Shown here in pieces: positions 1-13,514 of a stretch of 64,000 nucleotides of DNA. The position numbers were made by a program, and so were the translations under genes. The notes below the pieces were generated by a model. That model saw only the letters and a program-made list of their open reading frames with translations. It made no database searches and had not been told where the DNA came from. Source of the stretch: Tubiluchus corallicola (Eukaryota; Animalia; Priapulida); assembly GCA_030141605.1 (NCBI GenBank), contig JAQGDQ010000413.1:62001-126000 (forward strand). The letters run 5' to 3'. Position 1 is the first letter of the stretch. Every line of letters begins with the position of its first letter.

Positions 1-840
1 AGATTGGCAGTGTTGATGAAAAGGCAGCAAATGAACAACCCTAGCAGCAGGGGTATACCGTATAATTACTGGTTCGATGATGGACGCCTAGTAAGTTCTG
101 ATCCTGCAGTGTTTTGCCATAAGCGATAGTTATTGCACAAAGAACAGGGCGCACCGTGCATAAAAGATGCACAGTCGGGGGTGAGCTGAGTAGCAGTATG
201 GTCGCTAACAGAGTAATAGCGAGCAATAATGAGCGATTATTACCAGACCAAACGCAGCCCGTATTGTTGCCATCAAGAAGAAGTAATTAAAATGATAAAT
301 TTGATACAACGTTTATAGAGAAAATAAAAATTGAAAAATTGTGATCCACACGGTATCGAACTACCGTCGTTCAGTAAAATAAAAACGGCAATAAAAAGAA
401 GAAAGTGGCACATTTCGTCTCTCTACACTACAAATATCTAATTTTAAATCTTTTTTGCGCGTTTTAAAACTTTTTTCTGCTAATAAATGGGGTTAATTTT
501 CCGTTCCTGCTACGGAAACGGTTCATGTTAAAAACCACCTGGAAAAACAGATAATAGTTTTACCACCAGTGAGTTATTTTTGTTTTTTGTTTGTAAGAAT
601 CTTACAAAATAAGGCTAAAAAGGCTTTCTGAAACAACTAAAAATACCCGAAACATTATAAGCAAAGGCGCATACAAAGCGAAGAAAATTACGTGCTGTTT
701 TTCAAACAAAATTGTTTTCTTATTTTCTTATTTCCTTGCCAGTGAGTTGAAAGATCAACAGGTGGGGGGGGGGGGACAAGTGAATAACAGTCAACAGGGT
801 TACCTGATAGGTGATCAGACCTCAAGGCGTAAGTAATTTT

Positions 841-1172
841 CGGTCACTGGTAAATTTTGTCACGGAAAAAACGTCACAATTTCGGCTAAGAAAAAAAATC
901 ACAATTAATTTTGGCTATAGGGTTAAGGTTATCTATTTTTTCCTGTGACTTTAACCCGTGATTTTTTGACCTGAGACTTTTCATCTGTGACTTTTATACT
1001 TGTGGCTTTTTGACTTGTGACTTTTTTACCTGTGACTTTTTGACTTGTGACTTTTTGACTTGTGACTTTTTTACCTGTGACTTTTTGACTTGTGACTTTT
1101 TGACTTGTGACTTTTTTACCTGTGACTTTTTGACTTGTGACTTTTTTACCCGTAACTTTTTTACATGGATTC
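841..1172. mobile_element. Putative non-autonomous element with a 15-bp tandem array (TGTGACTTTTTGACT)n and inverted subterminal motifs
   Basis: About 15 copies of a 15-bp unit (935-1165). The left arm carries the reverse motif (AAAAA..TCAC) and a central TAGGGTTAAGGTTA. The array explains the KKSQV ORF. Confidence 0.5.
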
Positions 1173-1606
1173 TCATATTCTTATATTAGTCGTTTACATT
1201 TTTACAACATCACTTTTCTTTACCAAAGAGTACTTCACTACCAATATGAGTTTCAATTTAAAATGTGTAAAATGTAACGACATGAATGACGTCATTACTG
1301 CAATGATGGTCGCATCGTTTCTCTAACAGTTTCAGGAGCAAAACTCATCATTACGAACACGATTTCTAACTAAAAGTTATCATACTAAATTTACCTAAAA
1401 TGAAAACAAGCAGTAGACCTGCAGTAAGCATAATCATGAGTTTATTTCTCTAGAAACACATTTCACTATAGACAAACTACGATTTAGCTTCTTATTCGAA
1501 CATCTGCATAGCAGTAACATTGCGTCATTACAGCGGAAATAAACTTATAATTGTGTTTACTGCAGTTTTACAGCTCGTTTCCTCGTCGAAAATCGTTGTC
1601 AGAATT

Positions 1607-1709
1607 TCTCCCTTCCTAAAACATTAGCTAATCATATTTATTTGTGAGATTTTAATGTAAATGTACAATTGTATATTTGGTCTGAATAAATCAAAGCAAT
1701 CATATCAAA
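1607..1709 (+). mobile_element. Possible short 5'-truncated retroposon tail
   Basis: Ends in AATAAA plus a degenerate (AAATC)n tail. Flanked by direct repeat TCAGAATT (1599-1606 and 1710-1717). Confidence 0.35.
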
Positions 1710-2754
1710 TCAGAATTCACTGAACTAGTCCGGAATGCGAAGCATGTATTCGTTATTGAGTTTCTTCCGCCCAACTGCCTAGACATGTCATCTAGAATGC
1801 CGTTTAGTGTTGTCATACATTCCGTAGTGTTGTCCATACAATTTAGAATACGAAATTATTCTATTGTGTCATAACAATATAAAAATTGGATAAACGATAA
1901 TTACACGAACAACGAGAACAAGAACGTGACGGCGAAATAGACGGCTTTATAGAGTTACTTCGTAGGCGAGTATCCCAATTATTCAACACATTTTTTTTTC
2001 ACTTCATACAAGCCGGTCTCAGTTTCTCTAAAGAATAATAATCAGACTTCATAACAACAATCCTTTCTTCATGATCCACGGTCCGTATGCATAGTTGCGC
2101 ACCATTTGCTGGGTGGTAAATCTTATTAATCCTGCGCTTAAAATCAGCTCAAAGCCGACCGAATTGGCGTCGACTGCTGGTCGCATTGTTCGTGCTTGGT
2201 GGCCGGTTAATGTCCACAGACATTGTTTTGGTTCTGCACAATGCGTGTTAGGAGATTTGCTCTGACTTTCGTCGAAAATCCGATGTAACGTTGCCGACGA
2301 TCCGGAAAATCCCCGTCGGTCTTTGGTCAGCAATCACAAGCCGCCATTCTGTTCAGAATTTGTAATACATTTCCGTTTTTTCGCATTAAAAAACGGACTA
2401 GTGTATTATCTAGGGTTTTCCAGACAAACCAATGCTGCAATTGTAACGTACAATTTAGCCAGTTTAGTGATTTGCCTGATTGTACACGTGTTTTTCTCAA
2501 AAACATGGATCACTGGCTTGAAGATCGTCACCGATTTAAGCCGATAACAAATTTTTTTGTGTTGCATTATCGATGTTGCAGTGCATTTATAATTCCTTAC
2601 ACGTATTGCAGATATGCTGACTTAATTAGTATTGATCTTAATTAACAATAATAATTAAACACATGATGGAAAATTAGGCTTATTTTGAGTCTAAATAATA
2701 AATATAAAAAAATTTAAATATTTTTATTAGCGTTAACGAGCCGTCTTAACTGGT

Positions 2755-3250
2755 GAATGTAGGTAAAATGCCTCAGGTAAAAATGCCATTGGTAAAAACG
2801 ACACAGGAAAAAATGACACGGCAAAATGACACAAGAAAAAATGGCTTATACGGAAAAGTAGGTAAAAATGGCACGATGGAAATGGCACAAATGGAAAAGT
2901 AAGAAAAAATGGCACAAATGGAAAAGTAAGAAAAAATGGCACAAATGGAAAAGTAGGTAAAAATGGCACGGTGAAAATGGCACAAATGGAAAAGTAAGAA
3001 AACATGGCATAGGAAACATGGCACAAAAGGAAAAGTAGGTAAAAATGGCACAAATGGAAAAGTAAGAAAAAATGGCACAGGAAAAATGGCACAAATGGAA
3101 AAGTAAGAAAAAATGGCACAGGAAGAATGGCACAAATGGAAAAGTAAGAAAAAAATGGCCCAGGAAAAATGGCACAAATGGAAAAGTAAGAAAAAATTGC
3201 ACATGGAAAAATGGCAGACTTAGTTATATGTGCTTAGGGTAGTAGGGTAT
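2755..3250. repeat. Minisatellite of 27-bp (ATGGCACAAATGGAAAAGTAAGAAAAA) and 15-bp units, probably element-borne
   Basis: Periodicity read directly. Starts GAATGTAGGTAAAA and ends near TTAGGGTAGTAGGGT. Source of the three overlapping FFLTFPFVP ORFs. Confidence 0.85.
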
Positions 3251-3591
3251 AACTATTTGAGTTAGTTTTACCTTTGCCAAGGAAGCTATGCTTCATCATG
3301 GCTTGATGAGAAAACAGAACCTTGAAGTTTTCATGCAAAACTTTTTCACGGCAACATCAATGCATTACGGATTTAGCGTAGAGGGGCGTTTTTTAAACTA
3401 ACAACAAGCTCTGGTTACATATGTAATACTAATTTAAATGCGATGTTTTGTCAAGTATTCACCTGTTTCAGGTAGTTGCAAATTTAAATTTGCATTTACA
3501 CCTAAAGAAGCCAAGATTTCGGTCAAAGTTATTTTAATAAATAGTAGTTAACTTAATAATTGGAACGACCACTATTAAATATAGCAAAGTA

Positions 3592-4785
3592 TTCTACCAT
3601 TACGTCTGCCATAGTATGTGTTCTACCGTTACTTCTGCCATAGTATGTGTTCTACCATCACGTCTGCCATAGTATGTGTTTTACCATCACGTCTACCATA
3701 GTATGTGTTCTACCATTACTTCTGCCATAGTATGTGTTCTACCATTACGTCTGCCATAGTATGTGCTCTACCGTTACTTCTGCCATAGTATGTGTTCTAC
3801 CATTACTTCTATCATAGTATGTGTTCTACCATTACTTCTGCCATAGTATGTGTTCTACCATTACTTCTGCCATAGTATGTGTTCTACCATTACTTCTATC
3901 ATAGTATGTGTTCTACCGTTACTTCTGCCATAGTATGTGTTCTACCATTACTTCAACCATAGTATGTGTTCTACAATTACTTCTGCCATAGTATGTGTTC
4001 TACCATTACCTCTTCTGCCATAGTATGTGTTCTACCATTACGTCTGCCATATTATGTGTTCTACCATTACTTCTGCCATAGTATGTGTTCTACCATTACT
4101 TCTATCATAGTATGTGTTCTACCGTTACTTCTGCCATAGTATGTGTTCTACCATTACTTCTACCATAGTATGTGTTCTACAATTACTTCTGCCATAGTAT
4201 GTGTTCTACAATTACTTCTGCCATAGTATGTGTTCTACCATTACGTCTACCATAGTATGTGTTGTACCATTACTTCTGCCATAGTATGTGCTGTACCATT
4301 ACTTCTGCCATAGTATGTGTTCTACCATTACTTCTTCTGCCATAGTATGTGTTCTACCATTACTTCTTCTGCCATAGTATGTGTTCTACCATTACGTCTG
4401 CCATATTATGTGTTCTACCATTACTTCTGCCATAGTATGTGTTCTACCATTACTTCTATCATAGTATGTGTTTTACCGTTACTTCTGCCATAGTATGTGT
4501 TCTACCATTACTTCTACCATAGTATGTGTTCTACAATTACTTCTGCCATAGTATGTGTTCTACAATTACTTCTGCCATAGTATGTGTTGTACCATTACTT
4601 CTGCCATAGTATGTGTTCTACCATTACTTCTTCTGCCATAGTATGTGTTCTACCATTACTTCTTCTGCCATAGTATGTGTTCTACCATTACTTCTTCTGC
4701 CGTAGTATGTGTTCTACCATTACTTCTTCTGCCATAGTATGTGTTCTACCATCACTTCTATCATAGTATGTGTTCTACCATTACT
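3592..4785. repeat. 29-bp minisatellite (GTTCTACCATTACTTCTGCCATAGTATGT)n, about 40 copies
   Basis: Highly homogeneous tandem array with SNP variants and 32-bp variants carrying an extra TTC. Confidence 0.97.
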
Positions 4786-6519
4786 GATTATTGCATAAGG
4801 TTGGTAACACTCAATTTTAAACTGTTTAATAAAATTATTCTCCTACCTTAATCCCCTCTCTCTTGGTTTCTGTCTGTCTGTCTTTCTCTGTTCCCCCCTC
4901 TCTCTCTTTCCCTCTGTTTGTCAGTCTGTCTCTCCCTCTTTTCCCTCTCTCCTTTTTCTCTTTCGCTTTTTTCTCTCCCTGTCTTTCTATTTCTTCTGTG
5001 TCTGATGATTTGTCTTGAGAAAGTTATTGTTTTGCACTTTGCTTAAAGATGTCTACGCGAGATAGACAAAATGTCGCGCTATCAATCTAGTAGTTTTGTT
5101 ATAACGGCAACGTTTATATTTGGCATCAAGGAAAAATCAGGAAAACGATTGCACATGATTCAATACCAGAACTACATTAAAATGTTCATGCTCACTTGAA
5201 GTATTACAAAAAATTGCAAATTACGTTGCATCCGTATGCAACTTGCCTTGTGACCAATCTGGCTAAACTAACTTACGTAGAAACAATAACCAAAAATATC
5301 CCTGCATGTGTGAATGTTACTCTGTGCCCAAGTTTCTTCATGCTGATTGACCAAAGTTCAGAGCACACTGTGTCTAAGTATCCTGGGCTGTACTTTTCCG
5401 TGTCCTGTAGTCTTGTGTCCAGACTTGCGTATGTCCTAATTAACCTGCGCCAATTCTCCTTGTGTCCAGAAACTTCAACGTCGAAATGTGCCTGTGTTCA
5501 AATTACCTTATATTGAAAAAGTCTGCGCCCATAACGCCTAATACGTTTTAGCAAAACCTTTTTTTGACAGTTTCTGCCTCTCGGCTGGGCAGCCAAATGG
5601 ATCTAAACCATAAATGATAGGCCAGCAAGCAAACTCGTCACGAGTTTAGCGCACAATGTTAAGTGGTCATAAACGAACCACGGCTGCCAAAATTGATGTC
5701 CTGTTCAAAATGGTCGTCGAAAGCTCATTTGTAAACGTGCGCGCTGCATTGTCTAGCCTGTCTAATGAACATGCACAACAATGGCGTAGACATCTAACTA
5801 ACAAATTGCTTTATGGTACAATCCATCACTATCATTGCTATACCATAGTGTACGTTATGTGAATGACCCAGTCCTTAGGGGACAAATAAGCATTAGTGTC
5901 TTCAAGTTTGTCAATAAAATGACCAACATTAACCTATAGCTGCTTCCAGCCAGAGCCAGTTTCAATGCCTTGGGTCAGCAAGTAATCAAGATCGTTAAAA
6001 GCCCACACACATTTAGCTATTAGGATGGTATGCTGTACAGAAAAACTACGATCGTTTAAAAATTAGGTACACAGAGGCATTGTTTAATAACTCATTTGCA
6101 ACATTTGCATTGTTCTGGTGAAACTGAGCTTTGTTCTTCTGTGCAGAATTATAGTTAGACAAGAATAGTTTGCTAAATAGGCTAATTATTTTGTTGATGT
6201 TCATGTATAGTAGAGATGTTAATGTTGACCTTAAACATTGATATCAGCTTTAAGAATGATGATTATTTCATGGCTTTTAATCCAAAGTTAATCTTCAAGT
6301 CATGGTACTGATATAGATACGGCATTATTACTAATAACGTCATATTAGGATCAGTACCAATGCTGACACCACTATGAAGTGTCACGTTGACTTTAACATA
6401 AAGATAAACAAACATTATTACTGCTGTTACTACTGCTGTTAATGTAAGTTTTGGCACTATCTTTGTGCTTAACTAACATTAATTAACACTTCTACTAATT
6501 TTCATTCTTGAGAATGCGG

Positions 6520-7030
6520 TTGATGGTGATGTTGATGTTGATATGAATGTTCATGCAAATGTTGATGTTAATGTTAGTGTTGGTGGTGATGGTGGTGGTG
6601 GTGATGATGATGATGATGATGATGCTGGTGCTGCTGCTGCTGCTGCTGATGATGATGATAAAGATGATGATGATGATGAAGATAATGAAGATGATGATGA
6701 TGTTGATTGTGATGATGAAGATGATGATGATGACGATGATGATGATGATGATGATGATAAAGATGATGAAGATGATGATGATGGTGTTGAACGTGATGTA
6801 TATGTCGATGTGGAGTCGAAGCAAATGTTGTTGATATTAAATTGATTCGGATGTTTATGTAATGTCAATGCAGATGATGGTCTTGATACTGAGCCGATGT
6901 GGATGCTGATGTGGATGTTGATAATAACACTGATGTTGATGTTAATGTTGATATTCGTTTTGGTGTTGATGTTGACATTGACGTTGATGCTGATGCTGAT
7001 TTTACGCCAAAATTGATGCTATGTCGATGT
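6520..7030. repeat. (GAT)n/(GCT)n microsatellite with decayed (GTTGAT)n flanks
   Basis: Seen directly. Produces the poly-D, poly-M, poly-I and poly-S ORFs. Confidence 0.92.
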
Positions 7031-8067
7031 TGATGAAGCCATTCATGTGTGGCGGTGGCGATGCACACGTTGGTCTTGACAGTGAATTGATGTGGATGTA
7101 AGACGTTGATGGGACTGTTGATGTTGACATTAATGCAAATGACACATCAGTGCTAATGTTAATGTCAGTGTCAATGCCAATGTCAATATTAAAGTCAACT
7201 ACAACGTAAATGCTAATATTAATAATGGCACAAAGTTCATTGTTATGTTATTGTCGTATTTGCATAGGAACTCAAATTGACATCTCTTGGCTTTGCTGCA
7301 GCTTTTAATTCACAGTTTAATTTATGTATTTTTTCAAAGATGTGTGATAAGAAAAAGGACAAACTGCATCTTTTCATGCAACTGAGTCAGCAGGTAATAC
7401 ATTATCTTCTCAGCTTCTCATATATTTACGCTATTTTAAACTTTCACACAGCAAAAATTGTGAGACTTCCACAAATTTTGGAATTTAAATAAAATTATGA
7501 TTATCTTTCACCTTTGGTTGCTTGGCATAAATAAATTCTCTAACTACATCTAGGAGATTGTTTAATAATTTCTTGTTGTCGGTTAGAGGCTCAACATAAT
7601 TATGCGTGTTTAAGTTTAGCACCAATAGGAGGGCCAGCAGGAGGTCATAAAGCGTTTGCGACAAGTATAGGAAATCACCATAAATATTTTTATGTTCTTC
7701 TGAACAAACAAAGATGTGTTGAAGAAACACTATGGTCGTTATGGACCTTGCGAACATAGATACAATGTAAGATACAATGTAAGATACATAGATACTTGTA
7801 AGAACAATCCTTGCATAGCTAGGGATTTTTTCTTATTTTATTTTTAACTGTTCGTCGAAGAATTGGTGAACCGTATAGCTATAAATTTCTATGTGTTTTA
7901 ATTTGTGCCTCAGAGTATGTAAAGATTGCTCTCAATGTTTGGTAAATTTGGACGATTACAGAACACTGAGAAGTAGAAAAAACTGTTATCATAGATTAGC
8001 ATTTCCGGAACACCCAATATTTGTTACTCCTCATTCTTAGTCAATTTTGCTGTTTTGTCCGCTTCTT

Positions 8068-8089
8068 TCTCTCTCTCTCTCCCTCTCTC

Positions 8090-8127
<38 letters not shown>
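8068..8127. repeat. (CT)n microsatellite
   Basis: Seen directly. Confidence 0.9.
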
Positions 8128-8130
<3 letters not shown>

Positions 8131-9787
8131 CTCTTAAATGATTGACAGAAAATCTAACGTAATCAAAACTAACGTAGCTACTAAACAACAATGTTTCTCT
8201 CTCTTCCCCTTCGTTGTTTTGAACAGTTATAACTCTTAATACTGTTCATCTTTCACCTGCACGTTAGTGTTATCGTCTTCTACTCACAATTAAGATTTAT
8301 AATAACTTTTCCAAAACATCATGTAACAGAATCTCAATCATCAAAACCTGGAAATGATGTGGCGTTAATTTTATTACTCTGTACACACAATCGAAAGCCA
8401 TAATTCGCTGCAAAGACCTTACAGACTCTGGCAGCTAGCTTCGTGTTTAACCCGCCCGTCTAATTGCCAACATAAATCAAAAGAGGTACAATGGCATAAA
8501 GGCGTAGACGCATGAAGTGCATACTGTATTGGGTGCGTGGTAGTCCAAAGTGTTCAACAAATTATCCATAATCCCCTAACATATTACCAACGCTCAGAAA
8601 GACGTTCCAGCTGCAAGAGAAAGAGTCCAAGTCGAGAAAGCCAACAGGTACAAAGAGTTGCTGTCGGTGGTCGTAGTCCTTGGTTACACGAGGGTCATAA
8701 ATCATTGGTGAATAAGTTGAAGTTAGCGACAAGGGACAAGGATACTGAATGGCACTACATGCGCCCTATTGAGACAGATCAGACTTCTTTGTGGAGACAT
8801 GTAGAAAGTACGAGAAACGACGAAACGTGGCATTGTGCTGGCTACAAGACATTAATGGCTGAACCTCCTTCCCATCATCATAACTTTTCAGATAATGGAG
8901 AAACTGAACTGGAAGAAACAGAAGATCATATACTAAAAACGTTTAGTAACCGTAAACTGTGACGGGGAAAAAGATCAAGGAAAATTCGAATTCTCGTGAA
9001 CTGAGGAAGGATACACAAGCAGATCAAATTAGTATTAGCTCAAGTCTTGCAAATTGCCAACTTTCAAACCTGCAAATCCTTCCACACCTGTAAAATGTCA
9101 TATCTGGCCAAACAGTTTCAGAGGAACCAATAATAAAAACTTCGTTTACGATGTGAAACAAGTTCAGTTCTTTTAATGTATTTAGTCCGGGATGGTACTG
9201 TTCTGTAGAAGTTGACGAGGTAATCTAAAAAAAAGTTTATTTGTCATGATTACTACCAAAAGGTTGAATTTTTGTACAACATGAAATTACAAAAAAAATT
9301 AAAAGAATAAGCACGGTAGAACATACAGCAACAAGTACTATTACACTGTTAGATGATACACTAACGAAATAAATTAAAAAGAGTCAAAACTTAAGTTTGG
9401 AAACTAAATAAACCATATGGGGTAAAACTGTTCTTGAATCTCTCTGTTCTGCATCTAGGTAAGGGGTATCTCAGATGGTGGCGAGTACTATATCTGTGAG
9501 TGTAGGCATTTGACAATAGAGTGTGGATTTTATTGTTAATCTCAACTTGTATTTAAATACTTGCAATTATAGATAAATGTTAGAAAGGTAAGAATTGAAG
9601 GCGATTAATCCAAGACCCATCTGAAACACATTAACTGAAGCAGCTTTCGCAATATAGTCCGCAGACAAAATCTAAATTACAAGACGCTTAAAGCCATGAA
9701 ACAGATCGAATAATCAGGAGTTTGTATACTGTTCAAGTCACAAACAATTTCTTATGCATCTTCGACCATCATCAGAAGTATTGTCTA

Positions 9788-10200
9788 AATATATATATAA
9801 TATATAATAATCTTTATTTGTGCCTTAAAATACATTGATAATCACTGATAAAACTTTACAGAGATAATCAATCAGTGTTAGTTAATAAAAACTTACACTG
9901 CTAAAGGCAAATGCGTCAGTGCAATCTAAACTACTGTGCAGTAATGGAAAGTAACGACGAATAAAATCAAACATATTTACAGCTATGCACAAAAAAATAA
10001 AAAACTATGATTTAATTAATATGGCCGTGGATATATAAATTCTGAATTAGTGTGTACGTTGTCGTACTGGTGTGATGGTATTTCATATCTGGTTAATATT
10101 AGTGATTTTAATTTTGTTTTAAATGCTGATAGGGACTTGATTTGTTTAACCTGTAATGGTAGAGAATTCCAAAGTAGAATTGCTTGTTTAGTTACTAAAG
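9788..10200 (-). mobile_element. 5'-truncated CR1/L2-group LINE 3' end
   Basis: The minus strand translates LVTKQAILLWNSLPLQVKQIKSLSAFKTKLKSLILTRYEIP...RPY*. WNSLP...FK..LK is the typical CR1/L2 ORF2 C-terminus. A 3' UTR follows, ending AATAAAGATTATTA-(TA)n. A second copy lies at 54184-54503. Confidence 0.82.
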
Positions 10201-11182
10201 AAGTATTCTACTATGTAGTTTAAGTAACAATGAATGTTTTTGGTTAATAAGGACATTTAAGCAATTATGCAGAAACGAAACTAATTAAATACTAGTTATT
10301 AACTGCTTAGCTAATCAGTATTATTAACATAACATTGGTCTACTAGAACAAACAAAACCTGCTAGTCTTTGTGTGTCAGTGTCACTATGTGTGACGCATG
10401 AACTGGACTCTAAGGAGGGTTTAGAACATCTCTGACACTACAAAGAATGTGCGCGTGTTATTGATTGAAAATACAATTTCAACTTTAATTTTGATTAGGT
10501 GCTAAATGGTCTTTGCGGAGTCAATCTTTGTAATAATTAAAATTATGACAGATACGCGTACCAATAGATGGCTAAACAGGAACAGATTTGGATAAAGGCG
10601 AGTTGTTAAATGTTTACCTATGTAGCAGTTTCGCCACTTTTTAAAAGTGTAAACGACATCAATAATTACCTGGTAAGAACTGCCTTGTGCTGTTGAAAAT
10701 GTCTAAACGGATACAAGCTATTTTCTTTTTACATATGTAAAGTTAACTGAGCAATCAATTACAAGTTGTAGTTATGCAAGTTTTCCTGTCACAAGGCGGG
10801 TACCGACTAATCATAGGGCCGCTTGCTCCCTTCCGTGACATAACGTAAAAACAAGTCGTCACCCTGTGAACCAAACCACTGTCAACTATGATGGATCGTT
10901 TCCTACGAAGAGAAAAGAGTTTGAATATGCCATGGTGTACAACGCAGGAGCCTGTTTACATGAGAACCGTCTGAAAAGAACCGCGCTTGTTGCTTGTCTG
11001 GGTTTGTTCATGTTGAAAAGAAAGAGGAAACAGAAAGAAACATACAGATGGAGAAAAGGAAAAAAGTGGCAAAAAACAGAGAAGAGAGAGAGGAGAGAAA
11101 CAGAGAGGGGGGAGAAAGGAAGGAAACCAGGGGGAATAAGAAGGGAAAAAGAGAGAAAAAGAAAGGAGAGAGAAGGAGAAAG

Positions 11183-11548
<366 letters not shown>

Positions 11549-13514
11549 TGTTGAACTGTAATGCCAAATTTCTTATTTTAAGTGATTTTGTAGGAGAACT
11601 CTAACTTGATATCAGTGACAGAATGGAGCCATTGCAGCAGCATAGAGCAGCATGATGTCTCTCTTGAGAGAAATTTGTGTTTTAATTGTAAATCGTTGAT
11701 CATTATACATTCATTGGGGTAAAATAAACGCTGCGCACTTAGCATTTTTATGAGTTATTACGGAAATAATCGCATGCTAGATATTAACAAATGTTCTTCT
11801 GTTTCAATCCCAGAATCCCATCGGTGTAGTGGCATGAAACACTTGATGCGGAAATTATGTAGCAGGTGAAACGATAGTTGCATATCATGTAGTCTCCGTC
11901 GGTGCAGTCCTAGTTATGTTTGATGAAAAGCATTTAATGTACGTTCAACAATCAGAAATCAGTAATAATTTTATTTAATTCTAGCACTAACCAACTAATT
12001 TGCTAGAAAATAAAGAGTTACTGAGTTAGAAAGATAGAAAGAATGTTTTTTCAGTTTGAACAGTTCAGTTTAGACTTTAATAAATACTGCTTTTTTAAAT
12101 CACAATATTTCGACATGTCCGTAGCTGATAACTAAAATAAAATAAATTTTATGTTTACAGACGTTTACAGACAGACATCTAAAAGCAGAAATTGTTAAAG
12201 AACATTAAGATGGGTTTAATATTTAGAAAACAAAGAAACAAAAGTGGTGCAAATTCAGGGGAGAAAAAGAGAAAAACACATTAATATCAAATGACGCTGC
12301 AACCTATCTACTTAACTATGTATGTCTGTTTTAAATGTAGCCACACAAAGAACCTAAAAATGTCGTCTGTGTTTTCAGAAACAGTGATTGGTGAATGCTG
12401 AGAGAGAAATTTCAAGCAACAATTTTTGTATCAAGTACTGAAAACATCGCCTGAGAGCAAAACCATTTGATACTGCTAATGGAATCACCTGATCTATGTA
12501 TAAACGAATTGTAGAACAACGTATATGTACACATGGTGTGCTGCTTAGAATAATATTTGGTGATTAGAACATAAAAGAGAGGCCAGGTAACGAATGCAAA
12601 TGTTACCATCGCTGCCTTTGTACTTGTGCCTAGACAGAGCTAATGTACTCGGTACACACTGCCGATAAGATAAGAGTCCATTAAAATACAGTTATGATTT
12701 CAATAATGGAGTCAGTGCAGTGATAATATGTGCTAAACCAAACACTCTTCGCGCAGGTAAACATGTGTGTCTACATTAAACTCTACATGCCGGCTATGTG
12801 ATAAGACCTTGCACTGCTCTGAATGACAGGTGAAGAGCCTTCCTATACGATCATATAAGCAGCATTTTTACAAAGAGTGTTCGGTGTGTAGAAATAAAAA
12901 AGACACCGACAGGTATGTGATACAGATTCTCACCTGAGATAACTTGACCAAGCTGATCACGATTGGCGCCAGACAGGATAAGTTCAAACATACTAAGATA
13001 CCGATGACATGCAATGTTACAATTTGTAAGGTTCCTATCATGTTTTACTATCAATTATTGTCAGTGATTTACTAAAGTCACCGACATTAAATTATGAAAA
13101 CCGTTGTCACAGGTAGAGGAAGAAATTTTCACGCGTTTCTTCCTTAAATTTTGTCAAATATGAAGTTTTGACAAATGAATGTTTAGCAGAATGTATTGTA
13201 GCCTAGCAATATACCTTGAAGACGTACAGTAAGTACAGTAAGTACAAGGTGCAAACAATGTTATGAGCTGGACAGGTGTACAAGTGCTCACCTGAATAAC
13301 ATATCGTCGAGCGCGTGACAACATTAATGTAAATTAAAGTAGATTGTTGATAACTGCCGAGTTGCTGTTAAGATTCCTGCTAATGTTGAGCAAGGTTAAT
13401 TGATTAGAAGCATCAGTAATTGACATATTTGTCAATGTTGATGTAAAAAAAAACTTCTAAGAGTGACCTACAGAAATGAAAAATGCTGCTAATGGATGTA
13501 AAATAATATTATTA

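Noticed and set aside
2049-2333. 94-aa ORF as a possible transposase remnant
   Set aside because: No catalytic motif could be aligned by eye. It would need BLASTx.
994-3204. Repetitive ORFs (KKSQV)n and (FFLTFPFVP)n as proteins
   Set aside because: They are translations of tandem arrays, with no splice or domain support, and the second array is open in several frames.
3592-4785. CRISPR-like array of 29-bp repeats
   Set aside because: The repeats are head-to-tail with no unique spacers, there are no cas genes and the context is eukaryotic. The same applies to the 26-, 32-, 39- and 60-bp arrays.
6495-7068. Poly-D/M/I/S ORFs
   Set aside because: Artefacts of the (GAT)n microsatellite.
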